Origin: Leucoraja ocellata | Taxonomy: Eukaryota | Length of the DNA stretch: 64,000 nt | Direction of reading: 5' to 3' | NCBI GenBank assembly: GCA_036785375.1 | Contig: JAWMAR010000471.1 | Coordinates: 558,001 to 622,000, forward strand | Shown here: in pieces, positions 1-14,021 of the stretch | How positions within the stretch are numbered: position 1 is the stretch's first letter | Layout: every line of letters starts with the position of its first letter | Notes under the pieces: model-generated | Told to the model about the DNA's origin: nothing | What the model saw: only the letters and a program-made list of their open reading frames with translations | Databases searched by the model: none | Position numbers and translations under genes: made by a program

Positions 1-548
1 AACCCTGTGCAGTTTATTCTTTATGGGGCATAGATGGACCCACAACAAGCTTTGTGCGGCACCGTTGTTGAGAATTATTGTGGAAGGGTGTTACCACTAA
101 TTCTCTCGGTTTATTCTTTAGGAAGTTGAGTATCCATTCGCAAGCTGGTGCACTGATCGCTGGGCTCTGGAGTTTATCAATGGGTTTGGATGGGAGTAGT
201 GTTGAAGGCAAGTTCTCCAGCGGAGAAATGGGAATCCGACTTTCGACTCCTTGTTGGCCGGCTGGTCCCGGGAAGGGTTTAGGTCCAGGACGATGGCGTC
301 TGATGCGGACATGCTGCTGCAATATGCAGTCTGCGGTGCATCACGGGTGGCTGGGAGACAGCTCACGCTACCTGCGTAGACCGCTGCTAACTAATCCGCA
401 CAGCTCCTTGGCAAGCACCCAGGTTTGCATGTGGGCAGTTGTTTTCGAACAAATAAGCAAAGCGTAACCCAAGATTGACCCCCGCCTCCAAATTTGCATC
501 ACGTGTCCCTTACATGTAACTACAGTTTCCTCTTTTCTACACCCGCAG

Positions 549-1462
549 TGAACTTGCTGGCAATTGTGATCCTGGCCCGCAGAAATTGTGGTCTCTCCAA
601 ATGCACCACTCGGTACCTGGTGGCCATGGCGACGGCGGACCTCTCTGTGATTGTCTGCGAAGTGATATTAAATCGGATTGCCGACCTTTACTGGATGAAA
701 ACATTCCTCTTCCACAATACTGTGTGCAGGTCCATTATGTTCCTCGCTCCCGCGGCCGTTGCCTGTTCTGTGTGGCTCACGGTTGCTTTCACATTTGATC
801 GCTTTGTGGCCATTTCCACTCAGACTCTGAGAACCAGATACTGCACTGAGAGAACCGCGCTGGTGGTTATAGTGACCATAACTGCGTTCTTCTGTTTACA
901 GAACGTCCCCTGGCCTTTTGCGTACAATTATTATTTCAGGGATCTGCAGGGTATACAGTGGGGCTGCCTAATACGATATCAGTTTTATAGCCTATCCTCG
1001 TGGATAGCATTTTCCTGGACTCAACAGCTGCTAGTCCCAGTCATTCCATTTTGTTTAATTATGCTGATGAACGTGCTCACAGTCAGGCGCATTTTAGTGG
1101 CCAGTCGTGTCCGCAGAAAACTCCGCGATCTCAGTAATGAGGACCCCGAGATCGCAAACCGCAGACGGTCCGTAATTTTACTCCTTGCAATCTCCAGCAG
1201 TTTTATGGTGCTATGGGGCACAAATGTAGCATATTTCGTTTTCTATCGAATTACGAATGCATTTTGGGTCAGGGGGTTGAGGAACCAATTTGCAACATTT
1301 GAACAAACTGGAATTCTGCTACAACTGTTGAACACCTGCACAAACACGCTCATTTACACCGTGACTCAGAGGAGGTTCCGAGAGCATCTGCTCCAGGTAC
1401 TCATGTACCCCTTCACCCTAACTGTAAGTTTAATAAAATCGAGAACACCTGGTGTAAAATAA
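549..1462 (+). CDS. Class A orphan GPCR (GPR139/GPR142-like), copy 1, coding exon 2; exon 1 lies upstream of the window
   Basis: Acceptor cttttctacacccgcAG|tg at 547-548. Open frame VNLLAIVIL...AMATADL...FTFDRFVAI...WGC...LWGTN...NTLIY: hydrophobic TM segments, DRF (DRY-type) and NTLIY (NPxxY-type) motifs, TM3/ECL2 cysteines. Family assignment is from recalled similarity, not a search. Confidence 0.9.
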
Positions 1463-1894
1463 CATTACATTACTAATCCCACCGTGAGACAGTGCAAAAA
1501 CTAGGTAATGGAGGAGTTTTGGCTTAAAACTTTCCGCATCAATTTTCAAAAACATAGCTGAGAAATACAATCTGAACGCGTCCCCTGCACTGGAATGCAC
1601 ATTTGGCCATCAATTTAATATGCGACACGGGCACGTTGTTCAAAGTGCCCAGTGGGGAGGGCGGCCATGTGGAACCGAGTTATATGTTGTACTGGAGCAG
1701 ATCTCCAATGATTCCGGAATTGAGCCTCGCCGTTAACTGTCTCCACTTTCCTTTGAATCCAGCGGCAACGTCTCCAGCACGTAATGAAAACAGACATAGA
1801 GTTATGGTCCTAAACATTGCATGCTCCATTAATCTACAATTCTTTGAGACGTTCCATGGTTACGTATGTAAATGCCCAGTGCACCAATGTGTTT

Positions 1895-1900
1895 AATAAA
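1895..1900 (+). terminator. Putative polyadenylation signal of GPCR copy 1 (also 16763-16768, 32046-32051, 47146-47151 -)
   Basis: AATAAA about 420-430 nt after the stop in all four copies, followed by T/G-rich sequence. Confidence 0.4.
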
Positions 1901-2189
1901 ATTCTTGTTGCAACATTTACATTAATGAGAGTTCCATTCTATTTTTGCTTCTCGAACTGAATGTAATGCCTTGTTGCTTCTTACAGAGGCTTTCTGTTGC
2001 CAGTACAATTAGTAATTCTGCACCAGATGCAGCCAAAGGTAGTGGGTGCCGTTCAAACAAGTTGGCATTACTAACTATATGTTTTAATGGAAGCAGAGTG
2101 TCACACGCTAGTGTCCAGTAAACGGCTGTAAGGTGAGTAAGTTCGCCTGTGTGGTAAGCCAGAGCTTCTGCATCGTTTTGCATTAATCC

Positions 2190-3275
2190 CACCTCCATCT
2201 AGCTTGTCCATTTATAATTGTATATGTTTCTATAAGACCCCCCCCCCCCCCCATCATCTTTCTAAACTCCAATGAATACAAGCCCAGTCTTTTCAATCTT
2301 TCCTCATATGACAGTCCCGCCATCTCAGGGATCAATCTCGTGAACCTACGCTGAAATGCCTCAATCACAAGGATATCCTTCCTCAATTTAGGAGACCAAA
2401 ACTGCACACAATACCCCAGATATGGCCTTACCAGAGCTCTATACAACTGCAGAAGAACCTCTTTACTCCGATACTGAAATCCTCTTGTAATGAAGGCCAA
2501 CATTCCATTAGCTTTCTTCACCGCCTCCTGTACCTGAACGCCAACGTTCAATGACTGGTGTGCAAGGCCGCCCAGGTCTCGATGCACCCCCCCCCCCCCC
2601 CTAACCAAAACCCATTGAGATAATAATCTGCTCCCTTGCTTTTGCCGGCAAAGTGGATAACCTCATATTTATCTATATTATACTGCATTTGCCACGCAAC
2701 TGCCGATTCACTCTACCTGTCCAGATCACCCTGCAACCTCCTAACATCCTCTTCACAGTTCACACTGCCACACAGCTTTGTGTCATCTGCAAACCTGGTA
2801 GTGTTGCTCCTAATTCCCTCTTCCAAATCATTAATATATATGGTGAAAAGTTGCGGCCCCAACACCGAGACTTGAGGCACTTCACTCGCCACTGCCTGCC
2901 ATTCTGAAAATGACCCGTTCACTCCTACTCTTTGCTTCCTGTCTGCCAATCAATTTTCTATCCATGTCAACACCCTATCCCCAATACCATGTGCTCTAAT
3001 TTTAGTCACCAGTCTCCCGTGCGGCACCTTATCAAAGGCTTTCTGAAAGTCTAGATACTCTACATCCAATGGATCCCCTCCAACCATTTAACTTGTCACA
3101 ACCTCAAAAAAATCCCTTTCATAAATCCATGTATACTTGGACTAATCCTTTTGCTATCCAACTGCCCCATTATTACCTCTTTAGTAATTGACTCAGCATC
3201 TTATCCACCACCGAAGTCAGGCTAACTGGTCTGTAATTCCCCATTTTCTCTCTCGCTCCTTTCTTGAAAAGTGGG
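2190..3275 (-). mobile_element. CR1-clade LINE RT fragment
   Basis: [39 protein letters not shown]. Confidence 0.85.
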
Positions 3276-4057
3276 ACAAGGAAGACATAAATAATTTGCC
3301 GGAATAGCAGGGGACCGGCGATCAAATAAGATGGAGGAGCGGAGTGAAATGCATGTTACTCGGGAAATTGAATGGATTAAAGGCCGATAAATCCCCAGGG
3401 CCATATAGGCTGCATCGTAGAGTGCTAAAGGATGTAGCCCCAGAAATAGTGGATGTATTAGTGATAATTTTTCAAAACTCTTCAGATTCTGGAGTTGTTC
3501 CTGAGGATTGGCGGGTAGCTAATGTAACCCCACATTTTAAAAAGGGAGGGAGCGAGAAAACGGGGAATTACAGACAAGTTAGTCTAACATCGGTAGTGGG
3601 GTAAATGCTAGAGTCAATTATTAAAGATGGGATAGCAGCACATTTGGAAAGTGGAGAAATCATTGGACAGTCAGCATGGATTTATGAAAGGTAAATCATG
3701 TCTGACGAATCTTATATAATTTTTCGAGGATGTAACTAGTAGAGTGGATAAGGGAGATCCAGTGAATGTGTCATATCTGGACTTTCAGAAGGCTTTCGAC
3801 AAGGTCCCACATAAGAGATTAGTACGCAAACTTAAAGCACACTGTATTGGGGCTTCAGTATTGATGTGGATAGATAACTTCTTGGCAGACGGGAAGCAAA
3901 CTGTAGGAGTAAACGGGTCCTTTTCAGAATGGCAGGCAGTGACTAGTGAGGTACCGCATGGCTCAGTGCTGAGACCCCAGCTATTGACTATATATATACA
4001 TGTTTTGGACGAGGGAATTAAATGCAACGTCTCCAGGTTTGTGGATCACACGAAGCT

Positions 4058-4094
<37 letters not shown>

Positions 4095-4940
4095 CTGTAT
4101 TACTGTGAGGAGGATGCTAGGACGCTGCAAGGTAACTTGGATAGGCTGGGCGATTGGGCAAATGCATGGCAGATGCAGTATAATGTGGATAAATGTGAGG
4201 TTATCCACTTTAGTGGCAAGAACAGGTAAGTAGACTATTACCTGAATGGTGGTCGATTAGGAAAAGGGGATATGCAACGAGACCTGGGTGTCATGGTACA
4301 CCAGTCATTGAAAGTAGGCATGCAGGTGCAGCAGGCAGTGAAGAAGGCGAATTGTATGTTGGCATTCATAGCAAAAAGATTTTGAGAATAGGAGCAGGGA
4401 GGTTCTACCGCAGCTGTACAGGGCCTAGGTGAGACCACACCTGGAGTATTCCGTACAGTTTTGGTCTCCTATTCTGAGGAAATACATTCTTGCCATAGAG
4501 GGAGTACAGAGAAGGTTCACCACACTGATTCATGGGATGGCAGGACTTCCATATGAAGCACGACTGGATAGACTCGGCTTGTACTCGCTAGAATTTTGAA
4601 GATTGAGGGGGGATCTTATAGAAACTTACAACATCCATAACGGGTTGGGCAGGCTAGATTGTTCCCGATTTTGGGGGAGTCCAGAACAAGGGGTCACAGT
4701 TTAAGGATAAGGGGAACTTCTTTACTCAGAGAGTGGTAGCGGTGTGGAATGAGCTTCCAGTGGAAGTGGTGGAGGCACGTTCGTTGGTATAATTTAAAAA
4801 TAAATTGGATAGGCATATGGATGAGAAGGGAATGGAGGGTTATGGTATGAGTGCAGGCAGGTAGAACTAAGGGAAAATAATTGTTCGGCACGGACTTGTA
4901 GGGCCGGGATGGCCTGTTTCCATGCAGTAATTGTTACATG
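3276..4940 (+). mobile_element. CR1-clade LINE RT fragment, ending in the 3' end of a second CR1 family (about 4710-4940)
   Basis: KSPGP, YLDFQKAFDKVPH, WQMQYNVDKCEV; frameshifted. Confidence 0.85.
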
Positions 4941-5519
4941 GAGAAGGTTCGCGTTTGTGATTGGTCATAGAGCAAATTGGTCTGGCATTTATCTCCCAAG
5001 CCATTACCCCAGGTAAACGCTGAAGTTCTGCAGATGCGAAGTGTTGAGAATGAAAACAAGGGGAAACAGCTTGAAAGGATGATTCTCGGACTCGTGTGCA
5101 TCGTGCGTAGAACTCCGCAGTTGGGAAGACATTGAGAATGATGGAAGAGGCTTCCAATATAAAATGTAACTGATTACGAAAAACAAGGAATCTTTCTGTT
5201 GTTAGTGCCAGCTAAGATATTTATGAGGGTCAGGGTTGATTGGTGACTTTTAACTTGGCGGCAACTTCTGCACAAATCTTTCCATAACATTATTTACAAT
5301 CAAACCCTCCATACTTTGAATGCAACAGCCAAGCCTTCAGCTCTCAATGCCAATAGGTCCACAATTCCGTTCCACAACCGTTCCATGCCCACCACTCTTT
5401 TCTATTTGCGGCCATCTATTTTCCATGTAAGTACCCAGACCACAATACTTGATTCACATCTTGTAAACAGCTTCTCCTACTATAATTTGTGCAATAATAT
5501 GCATATAAACACATACATT

Positions 5520-5815
5520 TCGTTTAGGGATACAGCGCGGAAACAGGCCCCTCGGCTCATAAAGTCCGCGTTGCTCAGCGATTCCCGCACACTAACACAA
5601 TTCTGCGCACTGGAGATATTTTACCATTTTACCGAAACTACAAACTGATACGTCTTTGGAGTATTCGAAGAGACCAGGACAAAACGCTTCTTGGAGAACG
5701 GACAACTCGCCACGCGGATAACGGACAAATTCCGTGCCGGGAACAACCGTGATCAGGATCAAACCCGGATCTCTGGCTGTTTCGGACAGCAACATTACCG
5801 CTGCGGCGCGTGGTC
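5520..5815 (-). mobile_element. tRNA-derived SINE (HE1-like); paralogue at 23320-23612
   Basis: Head GCAGCGGTAATGTTGCTG..GATCCGGGTTTGATCC with A/B-box-like motifs; CR1-like 3' end GGGGCCTGTTTCCGCGCTGTATC. Confidence 0.7.
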
Positions 5816-6397
5816 CCCGTCCCCGTTCTGCAGCGGGCGAAGCAGTCATACCGGGCTGGTCATCCTTTTTAGGCGATAGAGGTCTGGCCAAGCCGGTGAT
5901 ACTCTGTCGGCGGTGGGCTGCCTACTGCTGGGTTTGGCTGCGGCTAAATCAAATTTGGCCGCGCTTTGGACACATTCGAGACACATGCAGGTTTGCCGTT
6001 TAATTGGTCTCTGTAACTGTTCCTGTGTGCAGGAGAGAGGCTGTGTGCGGATACTTGCCGGACGGCGCGGACGTGATGGAGCGAAGGGACAGTTTTCACT
6101 CTGTAAACCAAACTTAAGGAAACTCAAGCAATGTATTATAGTTCACTTTATAATTCGCTCTCTTCAGAAACGGCTCGAATTAGATTGTTTCCCTTTCAAA
6201 GTCAGTATCGTGTAACTGAAATGTAACTAGCAGATGGAAGAGTTGTCACCGGAAGTAAAGATGATGATATGTTTCTGTCTTCCTCTTCACAATTCTTTAT
6301 TCTTCCAAGTACTTTTTAGATTGAAAGAACAAAAGATGAAAAACGAGTTTGTTCTCAACACAAATCCTATTAAATCGCAGACAGAAATATATGCGGG

Positions 6398-9063
6398 GAG
6401 GCTTTGGCATGATAGATTGGAGGGCTCATCTAGGGAGGCTATTTGGGTGGAATTGAGAAGTGGGAAAGTTGTAGCAACACTTATAGGGGTGTATTATAGA
6501 CCGCCAAACGGGGAACGAGAATTGGAAGAGCAAATATGTAAGGAGATAGCAGAGATTAGTAGTAAGCACAAGGTAGTGATTGTGGGAGATTTCAACTTTC
6601 CACACATAGACTGGGAAACACATTCTGTAAATGGGCTGGATGGGTTGGAGTTTGTAAAATGTGTGCAGGATAGTTTTTTGCAGCAACACATAGAGGTACC
6701 TACTAGAGGAGGGGCAGTGCTGGACCTCCTGTTAGGAAATGAGACTGGACAGGTGGCGGAGGTATGCGTTGGGGAGCACTTCGGGTCCAGTGATCACAAT
6801 ACCATTAGTTTCAATATAACTATGGAGAGGGTCAGAACTGGACCTAGGGTTGAGATTTTTGATTGGAGAAAGGCTAACTTTGATGCGATGCGAGATGATT
6901 TAAAAGGAGTGAACTGGGACATTTTGTTTTATGGGAAAGGTGTAGAAGAGAAATGGAGGACATTTAAAGGGGAAATTTTAAGAGTACATAATCTTTATGT
7001 TCCTGTTCGGTTGAAAGGAAACAGTAAAAATTGGAAAGAGCCCTGGTTTTCAAGGGAAATTGGACATCTTGTTCGGAAAAAGAGGGAGATCTACAATAAT
7101 TATAGGCAGCATGAAGTAAATGAGGTGCTTGAGGAGTATAAGGAATGTAAAAAGAATCTTAAGAAAGAAATTAGAAAAGCTAAAAGAAGATATGAAGTTG
7201 CTTTGGCAAGTAAGGTGAAAGTCAATCCAAAGGGTTTCTACAGCTATATTAATAGCAAAAGGATAAGGAGGGACAAAATTGGTCCATTGGAGAGACAGAG
7301 TGGACAGCTATCTGCAGAGCCAAAAGAGATGGGGGAGATATTGAACAATTTTTTTCTTCGGTATTAACCAAGGAGAAGGATATTGAATTATGTGAGGTAA
7401 GGGAAACTAGTAGAGTAGCTATGGATACTATGAGGTTCAAAGTAAAATAAGTACTGACACTTTTGAAAAATATAAAAGTGGATAAGTCTCCAGGTCCTGA
7501 CAGGATATTCCCTAGGACATTGAGGGAAGTTAGTGTAGAAATAGCCGGGGCTATGACAGAAATATTTCAAATGTCATTAGGAACGGGAATAGTCCCCGAG
7601 GATTGGCGTACTGCGCATGTTGTTCCATTGTTTAAAAAGGGTTCTAAGAGTAAACCTAGCAATTATAGACCTGTTAGTTTGACTTCAGTGGTGGGCAAAT
7701 TAATGGAAAAGATACTTAGAGATAATATATATAAGCATCTAGATAAACAGGGTCTGATTAGGAACAGTCAACATGGATTTGTGCCTGGAAGGTCATGTTT
7801 GACTAATCTTCTTGAATTTTTTGAAGAGGTTACTAGGGAAATTGACGAGCGTAAAGCAGTGGATGTTGTCTATATGGACTTTAGTAAGGCCTTTGACAAG
7901 GTTCCTCATGGAAGGTTGGTTAAGAAGGTTCAACTGTTGGGTATAAATGCAGGAATAGCAAGATGGATTCAACAGTGGCTGAATGGGAGAAGCCAGAGGG
8001 TAATGGTGGATGGCTGTTTATCGGGTTGGAGGCAGGTGACTAGCGGGGTGCCTCGGGGATCTGTGTTGGGTCCTTTGTTGTTTGTCATGTACATCAATGA
8101 TCTGGATGAAGGTGTGGTAAATTGGATTAGTAAGTATGCAGATGATACCAAGATAGGGGGTGTTGTGGATAATGAAGAGGATTTCCAAAGTCTACAGAGT
8201 GATTTAGGCCATTTGGAAAAATGGGCTGAAAGATGGCAGATGGAGTTTAATGCTGATAAATGTGAGGTGCTACACCTTGGCAGGACAAATCAAAATAGGA
8301 GGTACATGGTAAATGGTAGGGAATTGAAGAATACAGTTGAACAGAGGGATCTGGGTATAACCGTGCATAGTTCCTTGAAGGTGGAATCTCATATAGATAG
8401 GGTGGTAAAGAAAGCTTTTGGTATGCTAGCCTTTATAAATCAGAGCGTTGAGTATAGAAGCTGGGATGTAATGTTAAAATTGTACAAGGCATTGGTGAGG
8501 CCAAATCTGGAGTATGGTGTACAATTTTGGTCGCCAAATTATAGGAAGGATGTCAACAAAATAGAGAGAGTACAGAGGAGATTTACTAGAATGTTGCCTG
8601 GGTTTCAGCAACTAAGTTACAGAGAAAGGTTGAACAAGTTAGGGCTTTATTCTTTGGAGCGCAGAAGGTTAAGGGGGGACCTGATATAGGTCTTTAAAAT
8701 GATGAGAGGGATAGACATATTTGATGTGGACAAGCTTTTCCCTTTGAGAATAGGGAAGATTCAAACAAGAGGACATGACTTCAGAATTAAGGGACAGAAG
8801 TTTAGGGGTAATATGAGGGGGAACTTCTTTACGCAGAGAGTGGTGGCGGTGTGGAATGAGCTCCCAGTGGAAGTGGTGGAGGCAGGTTCATTGGTATCAT
8901 TTAAAAATAAATTGGATAGGCATATGGATGAGAAGGGAATGGAGGGTTATGGTACGAGTGCAGGCAGGTGGGACTAAGGGGAAAAAAATTGTTCGGCATG
9001 GACTTGTAGGGCCGAGATAGCCTGTTTCCGTGCTGTAATTGTTATATGGTTATATGGTTATAT
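6398..9063 (+). mobile_element. 5'-truncated young CR1-clade LINE (endonuclease C-half + RT), tail (TTATATGG)n
   Basis: GVYYRPP, VGDFNFP, SSDHN, YMDFSKAFDKVPH, YADDTK; one frameshift and two stops; empty site seen in the paralogous unit at 24191-24210. Confidence 0.95.
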
Positions 9064-9606
9064 GGGATTGATTCGAGTTGATCAAGAGCACCTTGGTCAC
9101 ATTGAATAATTAAAATTGTTGAAACAGAATCTCTTGCTTGTTTCATATTGCTCGTGTTCAGAGTTCTTCAACGACGAAGACATATCCACCTGGTTAACTT
9201 CGCCAACACATTCCTAAGTATTCATAATTTGAGTGTTAATAATAAATAGATCTTGGACTAAATCGACTAAACCTGGTGTTTTTATTCCTGTATTGAAATA
9301 AGTTGCGCAACTTCTGGGGGCTGATAAATCCTCGGTAACCCGTCATGGTCAATGTGTATCTGCAACAACAGAGGTGCAGCTGTAGAAACGCTGCCGAATA
9401 TGACCGTGCCCCAAAGCTTTATTTCATCGAATCTGCTTTTTAACATTAGGACCGAACTCTCTCTTCAGTACATGAATGTATTTGTATTGCTAATATTATG
9501 CCAATCTCTGTTCAGTCACCATTCAAATACACTTTACTGATTGCAACTGGCGAATTCCGTTTTGTAGAAAAATAATTAGCCTTGAACATTAAATGTATTT
9601 TTCACC

Positions 9607-10095
9607 TTGCGGGCGGCACTGGATTTCAACACCGCGGGGCCTGGTGTCCGAGTTCTCCAGTGTCAGATGTCCGGCCAGCGCGGCCTGAGAACTTTGGACA
9701 TTGCAGTCTTCAGGGAGGAAGCGGCCGCTTCAGCCCAGGCCGCTGAAGAATGTTCACCCGACGCCGATGATCCAGCTTCGCGGCAGAGGGCCTGAGAACA
9801 TCGAGTTGGCTGAGGAGGCCACATATAGACCCCGACCTCGGGTGGACTATGAGGGGGGAGAACTGGATATTTTTAGTGCCTTCCCTCACAGTGAATTCTG
9901 CTGTGGGGGGACGTTTCATGTTGATTTCTATAGTGTACTGTTCTGTGTCTTTTTTTCTTTTTCTCTTTTTTGTTTTGTATGGATTTATTGACATTTGATC
10001 TGTTCAATTAATTTAATCAATCTCTGTAAAGCACTTTGGTTCAAATACTGGTTTTGTTGAAAAGTGCTATACAAATAAACATTATTATTATTATT
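9607..10095 (+). mobile_element. Non-autonomous retroposon with L2-type 3' stem-loop and (ATT)n tail
   Basis: AGCACTTT...AAAGTGCT hairpin, AATAAA, ATT repeats; absent at paralogous sites ~24745 and ~26330. Confidence 0.7.
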
Positions 10096-11269
10096 ACAAC
10101 TGCTGCCTTGCCGTTGGAGATTTATTTTATTTTCTGTGCAGTTGTACATGTTCAGTATCTGCGGTATTTTGTATTTTATTAAACTACGCCCTATTGCAGC
10201 TGGTCCAAATTCGGCGCATGTTCTGCTGTATAAGCCAAACATGCAGGGTTCAGCCATTGCCTGAAAATGAAATACTTCGTTTAATAGCAGGCGCAATCAC
10301 GTTCACAATCACTGCACCTCTTCGGACTTCCTGTTAGCCATTGCGAAATTAATACCAAACTTCCTAAACCTGGTCCAGACTCTGTCTGTATTGGAACTTA
10401 GAACATAGAACATACAGCAAAAGAACGTTCAGTTTAGTTTATTGCCTCGTGTACCGAGGTACATTGGAAAGCTTTTGTTGCGTGCTATCCAGACAACAGA
10501 AAGACAACACATGATTGTAATCGAGCCATTCGCAGTATTAAAGATACATGATAAGGGAACAAGGTTTAATGAAAGGTGAAGCCAGCATAGCCCGATCAAA
10601 CATGGTGCTCGGGTCAGCATTTAGATAGATCAGTTGAAGAACAGATTTTTAGTTCACAATGTTCCTGTCGACCCGATACCAAGACCAGCTCCGATCCACC
10701 TGCGCGTAATCAATATCCTTCCATTCCCTGCAGAATCATATCTCCATCCAAAACTATTTTACACTCTACTATCGTATCCGCCTTAACCAGCAGCGCGTTA
10801 TAAACACTCGCCACACTTTGTGTAAAACGTTGCGCCGCATATTTTCTTTAAATGTTGCCCTTCTTAGCATAAAGCTGTGCCCTCTTCGATACAGTTTTTT
10901 CCATTCTGGGAAAATCAACATTCTGACAATCTACCGGGTCTCATAAGTTTACATAACTAAACCAGTTGTACCCGCAATCTCCGACGTTCCAGTGGGATAA
11001 AATCCAAACATGACCAATCTCCCCCTGTATCTAATACCCGCTAATCCAGCCACCATGCGCAACTGAGCAACTGCGGCTGTAAAACAAGCTGTTCTTATTA
11101 ATTTCTCCATCTTGCTGAATTGGCAGTCATTCACTAATGGCCTTGTTGCCGGTCACCAGTTTGTGCAGCGTTGTAGTTTAGTTATTTTACATTAGTTTGG
11201 TGTAGTTCAAGTAAACTAAACAAATACAATTACACAAACAATACTATACAAAAAACAAAACAAATGAAT

Positions 11270-11875
11270 GCCCAGGTACACTACACGCACAGGCTCTACC
11301 TTGTCCATTGTCCTACTACCTTCCTTAAAAAAATCGAGAACATTAGTCAAGCGTGATTTCCCCTTCGTAAATCCATGCTGACTCGGACCGATCATGCTAC
11401 TGCTATCCAAATGTGCGGCTATGTAGTCTTTTATAATTGATTCCAGCATCTTCCCCACAACCGATGTCAGGCTAACTGGTCTACAATTCCCTGTTTTATC
11501 TCTCCCGGCTTTCTTAAAAAGTTGGAAAACATTAGCTACCCTCCAATCCACAGGAACTGATCCTGAATCTATGGAACATTGGAAAATTATTACCAATGCA
11601 ACCACGATTTCTAGAGCAATTTCCTTAAGTACCCTGGGATGCAGACTATCGGGCCTTGGGGCTTTATCAGCCTGCAGTCCCATCAGTCAACCCAACACCA
11701 TTTCATGCCTGATGTGGATTTCCTTCAGTTCCTTCGTTAACCCAGATCCCCTGGCCACTACTACATCAGGAAAATTGTTTGTGTCCTCCTTAGTGAAGAC
11801 GGATCCAAAGTAACTGTTCAACTCGTCTGCCATTTTCTTGTTCCCCATAATAAATTCACTTTTTTCAGTCTTCTT
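11270..11875 (-). mobile_element. CR1-clade LINE fragment
   Basis: LHPRVLKE, RPVSLTSVVGK, SQHGFTKGKS. Confidence 0.85.
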
Positions 11876-13870
11876 GAACCCAGTCTTCAAGGATCTAGTT
11901 GAGGCAGGTACTGTCGCAAAGTTTATGAAATAATGCGACAGGTACATGGATAAGATATGTTCGGAGGAATATGGCCACTCGTAGGCAGGTGTGGTGTGCA
12001 GATGGGGTGCAATGGTCATCGTGGGCAGGTTGTGCCGGAGGACTATTTTTCACGATGTATGACACTAGAACACTATGCCAAGATCGAAGAACAACAAGTC
12101 ACTTCCCGCTGGTGCAAGGCACATGTTTCTGGAGTTAACATCCGAGTGTTCAACGTTGCTAAATCTCTCTTTCTGCTCATCTGGAAGACAATTCGGCATA
12201 TCGACGCCTGTCTTGATTATATTGTCTCTCCTGGTAACGTCCACAACGTGAAATGCCAATTCACCACATCGTTCGTTCCAGAGAATTGATATATCCTGAC
12301 CTATAAAGCCCCTCTCAGAAGTGAACGTCTCCAGTCCTGCACAAACGTTGTCGTTAATACGCTGCCACTCCCCAGATTAATCGTATCAATGCGAACATAT
12401 TGCGATCTGGAGAACATCGCACGTGCGGTCTCGCCAACGTCCCAGACCAGATTGTTAAACTCCACTTATACCCAACTGCGTGCGACTCCAGCAGTGAAAT
12501 AAGCCGACACATCAAGCTGGCTGAGGTGGAAAAAATCCTACCATCCACATTCAAATTTACTCGCATTGGTTGGAAGCAAATTGTTCATGAACAAGATGGA
12601 GAAAAGGCCCTGTTTCTGTGCTGTGTAACATGCAAATACCACTTACAGTGAGAGTTGGTTCAATATACCTGCCCCCCCCCCCCCCCCCCCCCCGTGAGGG
12701 AGAGTATGCGCTGCGTCCCTTTAAATATTTACCGTCTTATTTTATACTCCCGTCCTCTTTTAGAGACCTACATCCGAGGAACACATTAAAATATTTCAAC
12801 TGATCACCTTGTTATATTTTAATTCTGCATAACTCCTCATGGTTTTATTCGCTGCTGAGAGATACAGTTTCTGCATTCTGCAGTCCATCTCATAATTCAC
12901 ACTGTCCAATATTAGTACCATTCGTGGGAGGAGAGTTGCATACTCCCTCGTTTAAATGGATCCTTAATAAATTATTTCGAAAAATAATATCCCTCCTCCT
13001 GTGGTGTACTGCTTTGTGAAGTTTTTGTCTGTGAATTGCTTAGGTCGAGTGCAGCAAACATGAAATTTGTTTCTTTGGTCAAGACTTTCTTCAGGATGAT
13101 CTATCCCCAAACATTTACAGCCGGTGAGATTCTCCATAACCGATTCAATCATCTTGTACATCAACATTCTTGATATCTCCAACGGATCATTGAATTGAGA
13201 AGATTTCGTCCTAATATCTGGATTAATATCAAATGCTGTTCTCCTCTGTGTTTTATGAATGAACACATTTCTTTAAAGATAATCTGTTGATCAAGAATAT
13301 TTCTAGCCGCTGTTTATTTCCAGTCAGTTATCACGTTACACATTATATTCGCCTATTCTTTACTTCATGAAGTGGCAACAGTTGAAATACATTAATGCTG
13401 CTCTTGTAGCTGAATTGTATACGATGTCGTCTAGAAGGTTCCCTGTGGTTTACATCATTTAGACCCTGCCAAAAAATGATTATCTTTCCGTTTGAAAGGC
13501 AGCTACACGGATAATGCAAGATGACATTATTAATGGGTGCATATTAAATGATGGGAACGGTGTCTCGAAAATGCATTGCAAATTCGACAAGTAATATACT
13601 GTATTAAATCGTAGCTTGTGTGCATAAATGATACATTACACGAATTTTGCTGCATCTGTGTGCCACGCGTTAAAAGTTAAAAATAGAATGTTCACTCGTA
13701 TTTTACAGTTCCTTAGTTCTGTTGGTGTTCAGCTGTTGCCTGAGTAGTGAGCGGTCGCATAATGAGTTTGATCGCTTTGCATCACATGGGAGCAAACTAT
13801 TTGTTCAACGGTCCACAATAAATGTCCGCGGGGAGGTGAACGCACGCAGTCCTTAAGTTTTTTCTAAGAA

Positions 13871-13878
13871 TATAAATA
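13871..13878 (+). promoter_or_regulatory. Putative TATA box of GPCR copy 2 (also 29157-29164 +, 50374-50381 -)
   Basis: TATAAATA about 80 nt upstream of the ATG in all three copies with exon 1 visible. Confidence 0.45.
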
Positions 13879-13951
13879 TAGCGCTGTTTGACTTCTCACT
13901 TTGACTCCTATAAGTTTTGCACTGCATAACTGCGGACGGCTTGGAGGAAAA

Positions 13952-14021
13952 ATGAGTTGGAAGCGGCATTTGGAAGTTGAATATTATTATTATCCAATTC
14001 TGGCAGCAATCGGAGTATCTG
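13952..14021 (+). CDS. GPCR copy 2, coding exon 1 (MSWKRHLEVEYYYYPILAAIGVS)
   Basis: ATG at 13952, 70-nt exon, donor G|gtaggt at 14022. Phase 1 joins exon 2 in frame (G+TG=Val) and completes TM1. Confidence 0.88.

Noticed and set aside
494-548. ORF-track N-termini (MHHVSLTCNYSFLFSTPA and the equivalent at 15354) as real GPCR starts
   Set aside because: They are the intron polypyrimidine tract read from non-ATG starts; the real start is the 70-nt exon 1.
4058-4094. G37 run (and other poly-G/C runs) as functional G-quadruplex or poly-Gly/Pro coding
   Set aside because: Inside a dead LINE; the paralogue at ~18972 has only G6; slippage or sequencing artefact.
6234-8977. 377-aa and 408-aa ORFs as host genes or an active LINE
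   Set aside because: Pieces of one 5'-truncated CR1 ORF2 with a frameshift and stops; the first ~55 aa are flanking DNA.
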